The translations under genes and the position numbers were made by a program. A stretch of 64,000 nucleotides of DNA from positions 17,856,001 to 17,920,000 of the forward strand of contig JBHGNT010000010.1 of assembly GCA_043228905.1 (NCBI GenBank), written 5' to 3'. The stretch's first letter is position 1; every line of letters starts with the position of its first letter. The DNA is from Azolla caroliniana (lineage: Eukaryota > Plantae > Polypodiophyta). The notes below the pieces were generated by a model. That model saw only the letters and a list, made by a program, of their open reading frames with translations, made no database searches and had not been told where the DNA came from. Shown piece after piece: positions 41,218 through 50,168 of this stretch.

Positions 41218-41921
41218 TGTCGTGCCCTTCGGCTCCGGATCGTTGCGTGAGTCGGGTGGGAACCGCCGAGGTTTTTGACTAGGAGGAAGAGGAATACAAC
41301 TTAAGGCTAGATATGAATAGTGGAAAGAGAAGTAAGATAGCAATCTCGTGAATCCCACGAGTTTAGTGTAATTAAAACAATATTTAGATTATAAGAGCAA
41401 TTAGATGGCAAAATTCGTGAATCCCACGAATATATTAGATTAATCCAACCTTGTATATTAATCAACAACCATATACATATTTTTCTCCTCCTTATATAAA
41501 GATGGAAGAGGCTAAGCATGGCTTCATGCTTTTTCACCTAAAGTGCCCATGCACACTAAATGTGCATGTGATGTTTTGTCATTTCCTAAATATAGGGCTC
41601 GTGCACGCTAGACGTGCATGAGTCACTTTTAATGTCACGTGTAAATAAAATATTCACACTCAAAAGAATACATGATTTTTACCTTTTAATAAAGGTATGT
41701 GTAAATAAAGGTCTTATACGTATTAAATCTATATTTATAACACTAAAGATAAGTTATTATAATGGTAAAGTTGGGGTTTATCTACGTGGAGGTGCATGGT
41801 TCGAATCTTGCCCTATGCACGTGATAAATTCTTTTTATATATTATTTATTTATTTATATGTATCTAAATTCGGATATATTATTTTATGGTTTTCACGTAG
41901 TGTGTGGAATACACTACGACA
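41218..41921 (-). repeat. 3' LTR of gypsy A
   Basis: TGTCG...CGACA; matches 47592..48295. Confidence 0.98.
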
Positions 41922-44900
41922 CTCGCCCCCTCCGAACCCGCACATCCTCCGGTATGTGCCGAAGTTCTCGATTCCCCATATCTGTCTTCATCCAAAGCTT
42001 CCTCCGATTCTCCCCTTATGTCGACTATGAGTTGTAATTCACTTTCTTCGCTTCCCGCATCACCGTGGTCTTCGTCCGATTGCTCCTCGTTGTCGGCCTT
42101 GGCTTGGATCACATAGGGTTTGTCGTCGGTCCGCTTCTTGAAAATCTTCACCCGCTTCCCGGCTATAGGCACTCGTAGTATTGTTCCATCCAACTCGGAC
42201 AATCGGTACGTTCCGTTGTCGAAGACTTTCCGAACCTCGTATGGCCCGAACCACCTTTTCGCGAATTTCCGCATCGTTGTATGTTGATGGTCCAAACTAC
42301 TGTCATAGACGATCACCCAGTCTCCTTCTTCAATCCTCCTCGGTCGTAGTCGGTGCTTTGTGTCGAACCGGCTTTTGTTCCTTAATCGTGCTTCTTGTTG
42401 TCGGCGTATTGCTTCCGCTATGTCTGCCGGTCTTCCCTCTAGTTGTCGTATCCGGACCGCTAGTAGTTCTTCCCGGGTCATCTCTTCCTTCCACGGTAGC
42501 ACTGTCCATGTTGCGATCGCGGTTTCCGTCGGCATTACCGGTGCTTGTCCGGTCATGAGTTCTGCCGGCATGTAACCGGTTATGGAGCTATGCGTCGTCC
42601 GATCTGCCCATAGTGCATACGGAAGCATCTGTGGCCAATCCTTCACCTTTCCATCGCATGCCTTCGCAAGTGCTTTTACGATCGGACTATGTCCTCGTTC
42701 GATTTTCCCGTTGGCCTCCGGATTGTATGCCGTTGTCAGCGATAACCGAACTCCGTGTTTGGCGAAGAATCCCCTAGCTTTGTCCGAGTCGAGTTCTCCC
42801 CGGTCTGCAATCACTTGTCCTACGCACCCGTACCTGCAAAATACTTCCTCCAAAAGAAATTGGCATACCGCGGAACACGTTTTCCTCTGAAGCGCTCGAC
42901 CTTCTACTTGATTCGTGAGATCTTCCCGAGCTAATACCAAGTATTTCTTTTGTCCGATCCCGGTCGGCATGGCCACTATGTCGACCATCCACTTGAAGTT
43001 GATTGTCGGTGAGAATGTCGGATGTAACTCATCTCGATGTTGAACCCCGGAGTAGACTTGACATTTCTCGCAGCTTTCCGTAAACTCCGCGATATCTTTG
43101 TACATTTTCTTCCACCAATATTTTTGCTTGATCTTCACAAATGTTGCCCATGTTCCTCGGTGTCCAGCCCAATCGGATTCGTGAAACTCGGACATTATCC
43201 GGTTTCGTTGCTCTTTTGTCCCGACTACTCGAAGTGGTATACCATCCGGTCTTTTCGGCGCCCTCCATATTAATCCGTTTTCCAAGAAGAACTTTTGGAC
43301 TTGCCTCTTCTTCCTTCGGATCTCGGCTCTTCTTCCTTTATCGTTTGTCGAGTCCTCGGCCTCTTGTAACATCTTTCCGATCATCAAACTTTCTCCCTCA
43401 TATTCTTCTTCCCGAAATTCTCGGATTACGTTCACTCGGCATATGTGCTCCGACGCGAAGTAGTCTTCGGAAACTTCTTCATTATCCGATTCGGTTATGT
43501 CGTCTCCGAACCGAGCCCTTGATAACATATCCGCTACCACGTTTTCCTTCCCCGAGATGTGTCGAACCTCCGGGTTAAGCGACTTGACATATGCAACCCA
43601 CCTTAGCATAGCTACATCTGGTATCGTACAACACCGCATCATCCCGAGTATCGGAAGACAATCCGTCTCAATCACCACTTCGGCTCCGATCAAATAATCT
43701 CGATCCGATTTTATCGCCGACACGACTCCCCACAGTTCTCTTTTGACTTGTGCATATCCACGTTGCCTTTCGTTGAGAACCTTTGCTCCGAATCGGATCG
43801 GATACCGCGAACCATCCGAGTCGGCTTGATTGATGACCCACCCGATACCAGTTGGACTTGTATCAACCGTTACTATGATCGGTCGGTCGTAGCTCGGCTT
43901 CTTAAGTGCTTCCGCCCTCCGAAGTGTCTTCTTCAATTTCTTCATGGCTTTGGTGTGTTCCGGTTTCCATTCGAATTTCTTACCTTTCCGCAACAAGTGG
44001 TAGAGCGGGTCCGCTATATGTGCATAGTGCGGAATCCATATGTGATAGAATGCACATGCACCGAGAAACCTTCGGACTTCGGATGTTGACTCGCATGCTT
44101 CCTCCATAGCTTGAATCGCATCGATCTTTGTTGGTGACGGTCTTCGGCCGTAGGGCCCACATAGATGTCCGACCACCAATATTTCTTCTTGCCCGAATGC
44201 CGATTTCTCCCCGGAAAGTGTTAGGTGCACATCTTCTAGCTTTCGCAACACTTTCTCGCAAGCATGAATATGGTCGACCACGAACTTTCGGCATCCCCGA
44301 TCATCCATAGTCTCATCTTTTTCTTCGACCGCGCATCCTTTCATCGGAATGTCATTGAGGAACGACATCGTTATCTCTGGAATGCAGTCTCGAAGCACCT
44401 TGTTCATCGCGTTCATCATATGAGCAACCGAGTTTGTCGCTCCTTGTGGTAGTGTGCACATTCGGACTAATCCTATCGGTGTTCGCATGGTTGTGATGTC
44501 TCGGCTCTCCACGGCTAGTTGGAATTGGTCATACCCCGAGTATAGGTCTCCGATGGAGTATATCGCACGACCGGCAAAAGCTTCCGCAAATTCGTCCACT
44601 ATCGGACCGACTCCCGAGTTCCGGATCGTGACCTTATTCACCGGTTGCAAGTCTTGGATAAATCGGAGTGACCCATTCTTCTTCGGAACCGTAAACCATC
44701 GATTTGAGTACGGAGCAGTTGATGGCTCTAGAATCCCCATCGCCACCTTCTCCTTGAGCAAGTCAATGACTTTCGGAATATGCGCTCGTGGCACCGGAAT
44801 CGGCTTCAGATTCCACGGTACATGGTCAATCGTAAAGATCACCATCGGCTCCACTATTCTCGGATCGACGCACCCTATCTCCCTTGATGTAAATGCAAAC

Positions 44901-45520
44901 GCTTTGCCATGTTGCTCCAACATCTCGCGAAACCGTTCTTCTTCTTTCTGTAATAGGAACCCACCTCCACCGATCCGAAGTTTCTTCCGGGTCTCATCCG
45001 TGAAGGCATGTCCGATATCCACGGACTTCCGAAGCGTCGGATCTCCTGAGACTTCTTTCCTCTTTTGTTCGCTATCGGCGGGTAGTGGTCCCGCGGCCGG
45101 TTTCACCTTCTTCTCCACGGTCTTGTATTTCGTACTTACCATTGCTTCTTCTTTACGGAGCGTATCCGGCTCCATTTTCACAATGATCTCGTACATCTCG
45201 ACCGATTCCACCGGGACTACCCGGTTCCCTTGGCTTTTATCTTCCGCAAGCTCTTCAAGTCGTTGTAGCGTGCTCCCATAGAACACTTCCTCGACTATCC
45301 CCACGATTTCTTCATCTTCTTTTATTATTGATGCCGACCGCAACTTATCCTCCACTTGTCGGTATCCTTTCTTCAATCGTCCGGTTACGGTCGTGTACGT
45401 AGATGCCCCATCCGGACCGATTCGTACATGTTTTGCTCCGAGAGTTTTCTTCCTGTGTGGGGTATCAGGGCTTCTCGGACTATCACTTCCCCACTCCGCA
45501 ACAGTCCGCTTTAAAAATCC
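41879..45520 (-). CDS. gypsy A pol ORF2 (RT-RNase H-integrase), reached by a predicted -1 frameshift; RT catalytic motif reads FLND
   Basis: Open from the slippery site to 41879. Motifs LRFIQDLQPVN, DLYSGYDQF, TLPQGATNS, VDTSPTGIG, HHCC zinc finger, D,D-35-E (WMVD/IADRG/KIERGH) and a WFGPY module. Confidence 0.9.
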   Translation of the reverse strand, partial: GFLKRTVAEWGSDSPRSPDTPHRKKTLGAKHVRIGPDGASTYTTVTGRLKKGYRQVEDKLRSASIIKEDEEIVGIVEEVFYGSTLQRLEELAEDKSQGNRVVPVESVEMYEIIVKMEPDTLRKEEAMVSTKYKTVEKKVKPAAGPLPADSEQKRKEVSGDPTLRKSVDIGHAFTDETRKKLRIGGGGFLLQKEEERFREMLEQHGKAFAFTSREIGCVDPRIVEPMVIFTIDHVPWNLKPIPVPRAHIPKVIDLLKEKVAMGILEPSTAPYSNRWFTVPKKNGSLRFIQDLQPVNKVTIRNSGVGPIVDEFAEAFAGRAIYSIGDLYSGYDQFQLAVESRDITTMRTPIGLVRMCTLPQGATNSVAHMMNAMNKVLRDCIPEITMSFLNDIPMKGCAVEEKDETMDDRGCRKFVVDHIHACEKVLRKLEDVHLTLSGEKSAFGQEEILVVGHLCGPYGRRPSPTKIDAIQAMEEACESTSEVRRFLGACAFYHIWIPHYAHIADPLYHLLRKGKKFEWKPEHTKAMKKLKKTLRRAEALKKPSYDRPIIVTVDTSPTGIGWVINQADSDGSRYPIRFGAKVLNERQRGYAQVKRELWGVVSAIKSDRDYLIGAEVVIETDCLPILGMMRCCTIPDVAMLRWVAYVKSLNPEVRHISGKENVVADMLSRARFGDDITESDNEEVSEDYFASEHICRVNVIREFREEEYEGESLMIGKMLQEAEDSTNDKGRRAEIRRKKRQVQKFFLENGLIWRAPKRPDGIPLRVVGTKEQRNRIMSEFHESDWAGHRGTWATFVKIKQKYWWKKMYKDIAEFTESCEKCQVYSGVQHRDELHPTFSPTINFKWMVDIVAMPTGIGQKKYLVLAREDLTNQVEGRALQRKTCSAVCQFLLEEVFCRYGCVGQVIADRGELDSDKARGFFAKHGVRLSLTTAYNPEANGKIERGHSPIVKALAKACDGKVKDWPQMLPYALWADRTTHSSITGYMPAELMTGQAPVMPTETAIATWTVLPWKEEMTREELLAVRIRQLEGRPADIAEAIRRQQEARLRNKSRFDTKHRLRPRRIEEGDWVIVYDSSLDHQHTTMRKFAKRWFGPYEVRKVFDNGTYRLSELDGTILRVPIAGKRVKIFKKRTDDKPYVIQAKADNEEQSDEDHGDAGSEESELQLIVDIRGESEEALDEDRYGESRTSAHTGGCAGSEGASVVVYSTHYVKTIK
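45457..45520 (-). promoter_or_regulatory. predicted -1 programmed ribosomal frameshift signal (G_GAU_UUU plus pseudoknot), gypsy A
   Basis: Heptamer 45520..45514, stop 45513..45511. Stem 1 CGGACUGU (45508..45501) / AUAGUCCG (45483..45476). Stem 2 GUGGGG (45494..45489) / CCCCAC (45462..45457). Confidence 0.8.
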
Positions 45521-47553
45521 ATTCTCACTTGGGACAAGAGTTCCCTCTTGTTCCTTTCGTGATTTGCCGGCACCGTTAGGAATTGGACGGATTTCCCACC
45601 GTTTTGGCTCCGAATTCGCGCAAAAGCTGCACCGCTATCGAGCACCTTCGTCTCCATCCGTGATGCCGTGATAAAGGGTTGGCCGAGGATGACGGAATGT
45701 GAAACCTCATCTTGCACGAAGAAATTTTGGTCAATCTCGACATCCCCGATCTTCACTGTCACATCCGGACAAGCCGCAAATAGATCTTCCGTTGCTTTGG
45801 TGGCCGCCCGAATCTTCCATCCATGGTTGGTGTTAATAGGCCACTTCCCCTTCCGGTAGAACTCCTTGGACATCAAGTTGATCTCCGATCCGTGATCAAT
45901 CAATGCTAGCACGGTTTCTTTGATGTTGCCGATTCGGACCGGAGTTTCCGTAGTCGCGCGTGCCCAATGTGGCCTTGTATAGTGGGAGTTCGGAATTTCG
46001 TCCTCCACTTCAGTGTCGTTCATTAAAACGGTGTTCGCATTCACCCTTGGAGCATTTTCCTCCGTACTTTGTCTTTTTCGCTTCACGAGATCTACGAGAA
46101 GATCGTGGAACTCCTTCTTTGCTATTCCGAGTAGCTCCCGAAGCGAGAAATCTACCCGGCTATCCAAGATTCTTTCCTCGAACACTCTTTTCAAGTCGGT
46201 TTGTTGTTCTATGTCCGAGGCGAGCTTGAATGCCGGAGTCGCCTTTTCTTTTCCCTTACCTCCGAAGTTCCAGCTTTCCGGTATCTTCGATGGACCGGCC
46301 GCATCCTCCGTTCGTCGTCGTTTCTCATCCACATACACCTTATGCAATTGACACAGGGCGTATACGCTATTCTTGTCGACAGGGCACTCCCATCCCGTAG
46401 CTTCCCGGACGCCTTCCGCGGTGCTTCGGATCTCGTTGGAGTCGGTTTTCTCGGTGTTTTCTAGAACTTCCGGCCAAAAAGACGTCTTTGCTCTCGATGA
46501 CTCCCCGACACATATTCCCGCGGTTGTCGCATAGTTGCTTCTCGCCGCCAATTCCTCCTCGAGCACCTTCTTCATGCCGCCTTTCCGGAAGTTCGGTCGG
46601 AGTGGCTTCCGAGAGTCCATCGAATGAATCCGGTTTCCCTTGTAGTAGATGAGATCCCGCCATAGCGCCTCCTTATGCTCGTCGCAATCCCTCCGATCGT
46701 GTTCGGCGCTATCGCACCATATGCACCGTCGGTCCGTATACTTGGAGCTTGTGGGGCGGTCATCCGACTTCTTCACCATCGCGATCTTCAGATTCTCCAT
46801 CTCCTTCAATAGTTGCTCCACCGTAGATGCATCAATCCCCTTCTCGGTTGTAGTCTCTCGAGCCCTCAGTTGATGGTCTTCCAATCCGGTTCTCGGTTTT
46901 GGAATTGGTTCCGAAACCCTCTTTTCCTCGTCGGTAAGCCATTGCCCCCTCTTCGTGTATCGCGCAACGATATCCCGCATGCTTTCCCATGTTTCGGTGA
47001 GGCCGCTCTCCGTGGTCGTGTCCTCCAAGAGCACTCCGAGATCTTTCCGGTCCCGGACGTCCACGGCTCGCAAGAACATGATCACCTTGTCCGGTACGAG
47101 GATAGCTTGATCTCTCGCGGACAACCTCCCGAACCGGCTTTCGAATGCCGAAAACACATCAACGACCTTCAATCCCTTGTCCGGCGTCTCCACCCAATCT
47201 TCGAATCCCCTTCGCGTCGCCTTGGAGGAATCCTCGATGGCGAACGTCCTCTTTAGCTCTACTTCAAACGCCTCCCATGTCGGATTTTGCTGTCGTAGCC
47301 CATGGATGCTTGTTTGAAGCCCGTCGGTCGCCACCCGGTTGAAGGACGTCACTTGCAGTCCTTCCGATATTCCGCACCGTAGCATCTCCGCCTTGTAATC
47401 CCGAAGATACCGCGACTCGTCTTTCCCGTTGAATTGCCCGTTTCGTTGCACGAGCCGCTCCACTGAGGCCGCTATCTCCGACATCGCGCGTTGTTCTTGT
47501 AGCATGCGCTCGAACATCATCATCATGTTGCTAGCCTCTTGTTGATTTTCCAT
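45511..47553 (-). CDS. gypsy A ORF1: Gag (CCHC knuckle) fused to aspartic protease
   Basis: CIWCDSAEHDRRDC knuckle; protease ALIDHGSEINL...VILGQPF; uninterrupted ORF. Confidence 0.92.
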   Translation of the reverse strand: MENQQEASNMMMMFERMLQEQRAMSEIAASVERLVQRNGQFNGKDESRYLRDYKAEMLRCGISEGLQVTSFNRVATDGLQTSIHGLRQQNPTWEAFEVELKRTFAIEDSSKATRRGFEDWVETPDKGLKVVDVFSAFESRFGRLSARDQAILVPDKVIMFLRAVDVRDRKDLGVLLEDTTTESGLTETWESMRDIVARYTKRGQWLTDEEKRVSEPIPKPRTGLEDHQLRARETTTEKGIDASTVEQLLKEMENLKIAMVKKSDDRPTSSKYTDRRCIWCDSAEHDRRDCDEHKEALWRDLIYYKGNRIHSMDSRKPLRPNFRKGGMKKVLEEELAARSNYATTAGICVGESSRAKTSFWPEVLENTEKTDSNEIRSTAEGVREATGWECPVDKNSVYALCQLHKVYVDEKRRRTEDAAGPSKIPESWNFGGKGKEKATPAFKLASDIEQQTDLKRVFEERILDSRVDFSLRELLGIAKKEFHDLLVDLVKRKRQSTEENAPRVNANTVLMNDTEVEDEIPNSHYTRPHWARATTETPVRIGNIKETVLALIDHGSEINLMSKEFYRKGKWPINTNHGWKIRAATKATEDLFAACPDVTVKIGDVEIDQNFFVQDEVSHSVILGQPFITASRMETKVLDSGAAFARIRSQNGGKSVQFLTVPANHERNKRELLSQVRMDF

Positions 47554-47569
47554 CTCCTTGCCACCCGTT

Positions 47570-47587
47570 TTCACGTCGGGTTCACCA
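47570..47587 (-). other. PBS complementary to the tRNA-Trp 3' end, gypsy A
   Basis: TGGTGAACCCGACGTGAA, 4 nt after the 5' LTR. It is the complement of ...TTCACGTCGGGTTCACCA, the plant cytosolic tRNA-Trp 3' end as recalled. Confidence 0.85.
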
Positions 47588-47591
47588 ACTG

Positions 47592-48295
47592 TGTCGTGCC
47601 CTTCGGCTCCGGATCGTTGCGTGAGTCGGGTGGGAACCGCCGAGGTTTTTGACTAGGAGGAAGAGGAATACAACTTAAGGCTAGATATGAATAGTGGAAA
47701 GAGAAGTAAGATAGCAATCTCGTGAATCCCACGAGTTTAGTGTAATTAAAACAATATTTAGATTATAAGAGCAATTAGATGGCAAAATTCGTGAATCCCA
47801 CGAATATATTAGATTAATCCAACCTTGTATATTAATCAACAACCATATACATATTTTTCTCCTCCTTATATAAAGATGGAAGAGGCTAAGCATGGCTTCA
47901 TGCTTTTTCACCTAAAGTGCCCATGCACACTAAATGTGCATGTGATGTTTTGTCATTTCCTAAATATAGGGCTCGTGCACGCTAGACGTGCATGAGTCAC
48001 TTTTAATGTCACGTGTAAATAAAATATTCACACTCAAAAGAATACATGATTTTTACCTTTTAATAAAGGTATGTGTAAATAAAGGTCTTATACGTATTAA
48101 ATCTATATTTATAACACTAAAGATAAGTTATTATAATGGTAAAGTTGGGGTTTATCTACGTGGAGGTGCATGGTTCGAATCTTGCCCTATGCACGTGATA
48201 AATTCTTTTTATATATTATTTATTTATTTATATGTATCTAAATTCGGATATATTATTTTATGGTTTTCACGTAGTGTGTGGAATACACTACGACA
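47592..48295 (-). repeat. 5' LTR of gypsy A
   Basis: Matches 41218..41921 and is adjacent to the PBS. Confidence 0.98.
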
Positions 48296-49490
48296 ACGTA
48301 AGCGGCACTAAGGACCGCGGACTGCTATATCGGACTGGTGCGGCCACGCAGTTACTCGGCTACACCGATGCTGATTGGGCTGGCAACGCCGCCGATCGCC
48401 AATCCACGTCTGAATACGCGTTCTCACTCGGGAGTGCTGCGATCGCGTGGAGCAGTAAGAAGCAGTCGACAGTTGCACTGTCGAGCACCGAAGCTGAGTA
48501 CCGAGGAGCGGCTGTCGCGACATGCGAAGCCATATGGTTGAAGCGGCTACTTAAGGACCTGCAAGAGGAGGTGTCAGATCCGACGACGATCTACTGCGAC
48601 AACCTCAGCAGCATCCAGCTCGCGAAAAACCCCGTTTTCCACGCACGAACCAAGCACATTGAGGTGCACTACCATTTCGTCCGTGAGCGTGTCCTTTCCG
48701 GTGAAGTCGAACTTCAGTACGTTCCGACGGATCGGCAGGCTGCCGACATCTTCACCAAGCCTCTTGGTCTGGACAAGTTGCGGCATTTCTCAGGTGCGCT
48801 CGGATTGCGTCACCTCGATGTGCCAAACTTGAGGGGGAGAACAGTCCCGAACGACCAAGCAAGGCAGCAGGAAAGGAGCGTAGACCGCGACACCACCGAG
48901 TCGGTTGACTCGGTTGTCGAGTTCGACATCAAATCAGCTGAAGAAGCCGAGGGCGGACCCGCGGAAAAGTTCGGAAGAGGACAAAAGGGGAGCAACCGAA
49001 GGAGAGAGCTGAAGCCAACCATGCATGGGGAAGTGACGCCATCGAGGGCGAGATGACCGAAGACAAGTTGGAGACAGCCAACTTGGACGAGAGCGAAAAC
49101 CGATCGGAGGTAGCCGAGTCGGTTCGGATGTTTGATTCAGACACACTGAATCAACCGAGGCCCAAGCGGAAGAAAAGGCAGCAGGAGAAGCATCAACACC
49201 GCAACAACAGAAGAGCTGATAAGGGCCGCATAAGCAAACAAGCCGACCGGAAGGGTCGAAGCGCGCGGAGTCGAACAGGCCGAGGAGCGCGAGCAAAGTG
49301 TGAAGCCAGGAGGAACCGGAGCTGTGAGCCCGAGGATCCCGAAGAGCCTCGAGTTGAGCTTGAGGGGGAGTGTTGAGAGAAAAGCTCAACATCGGCTGGA
49401 TCGGCTGAAGAAGCCGAGAACCGGATCGGTTGGGACCGATCGGTTAGGCCGAGTGCATAAACCGGGAGGCCATTAGGAAAGATATTCCGT

Positions 49491-50125
49491 TGTCGTGAAG
49501 AAAACCGTCCACAAGCGGAATCGGTGCACCGGGGCATAGGAACCGGCTCTTCATGCACGTACGCCTTGTGTTGTACATAGGAGAGAATTAGGGACATGGG
49601 AGATCCTAGGTAGATAGATTCGGTAGGTAGAAAGTTAAGAGGAAACGGCTCCTTTCTTGCCTATAAAAGGAGGGAGACGAGGAGGTGAAGGGGGGGCGAA
49701 GGAAGAGAGGACGAAGTGTTGTCGGATTGTGGGCCGAAGGCTTCTCTCTCTTCCAAACTCCATAGCTTCTTTCTGCACAGGTTTCGGGAGGCTCGCGCTG
49801 CTGTGAGGAATGCCCGAGTGCTTCCGGCAGCACCTCCAACCTACTCCTTTCTTTCTGTGCGTTTACGAACAGGCATCGGCATCTGTTCGCCGGCCTGTTC
49901 GGTTGTAACCGACTTCGTGTTCTTGTTGTTTGTCTTTGTTAATACATACATACATTCGTGTCTATCTGTGTCGCTGTCCCACTCGCGTCTTTGTGTCGAA
50001 GGGCCGTGTCCCTGCGAATCTACGCTCGCACGTAGTGGGTTCCCTTCTCCTTTCTCTCTTGCTCTTCGGTACAAGACCCCCGAGGTCCCGCCTCATTCCA
50101 CGCATCCGCGAGGGATACCTCAACA
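49491..50125 (+). repeat. 5' LTR of gypsy B
   Basis: TGTCGTG...CAACA; TATAAAA near 49662. Confidence 0.97.
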
Positions 50126-50128
50126 TCT

Positions 50129-50146
50129 TGGTGAACCCGACGTGAA
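50129..50146 (+). other. PBS complementary to the tRNA-Trp 3' end, gypsy B
   Basis: TGGTGAACCCGACGTGAA, 3 nt after the LTR, identical to the PBS of element A. Confidence 0.85.
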
Positions 50147-50168
50147 GGAGGCGGCAGAAGAGCAGAAG

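Larger units (their letters stand above)
41218..48295 (-). mobile_element. full-length Ty3/gypsy element A (7078 bp), no chromodomain, very recent
   Basis: Two 704-bp LTRs that appear identical, 4-bp TSD ACGT (41214..41217 and 48296..48299), PBS, PPT GGAGGGGGCGAG, and domain order gag-PR-RT-RH-INT. Confidence 0.98.
40265..49376 (+). pseudogene. copia pol (RT-RNase H), interrupted at 41217/48300
   Basis: RYKARLVAKG, QMDVKNAFLQG, LYGLKQAPRAW, LLYVDDL, GYTDADWAG, ALSSTEAEY, FHARTKHIEVHYHFVRE, ADIFTKPL. Confidence 0.95.

Noticed and set aside
44454-45281. 275-aa antisense ORF, with a 274-aa counterpart at 52192..53016
   Set aside because: Codon-aligned shadow of GC-rich pol. The two ORFs only partly overlap in position and show no recognisable motifs.
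48840-49376. env-like gene downstream of copia pol
   Set aside because: The peptide is short, highly charged and has no transmembrane segment. It is reported as a pol extension instead.
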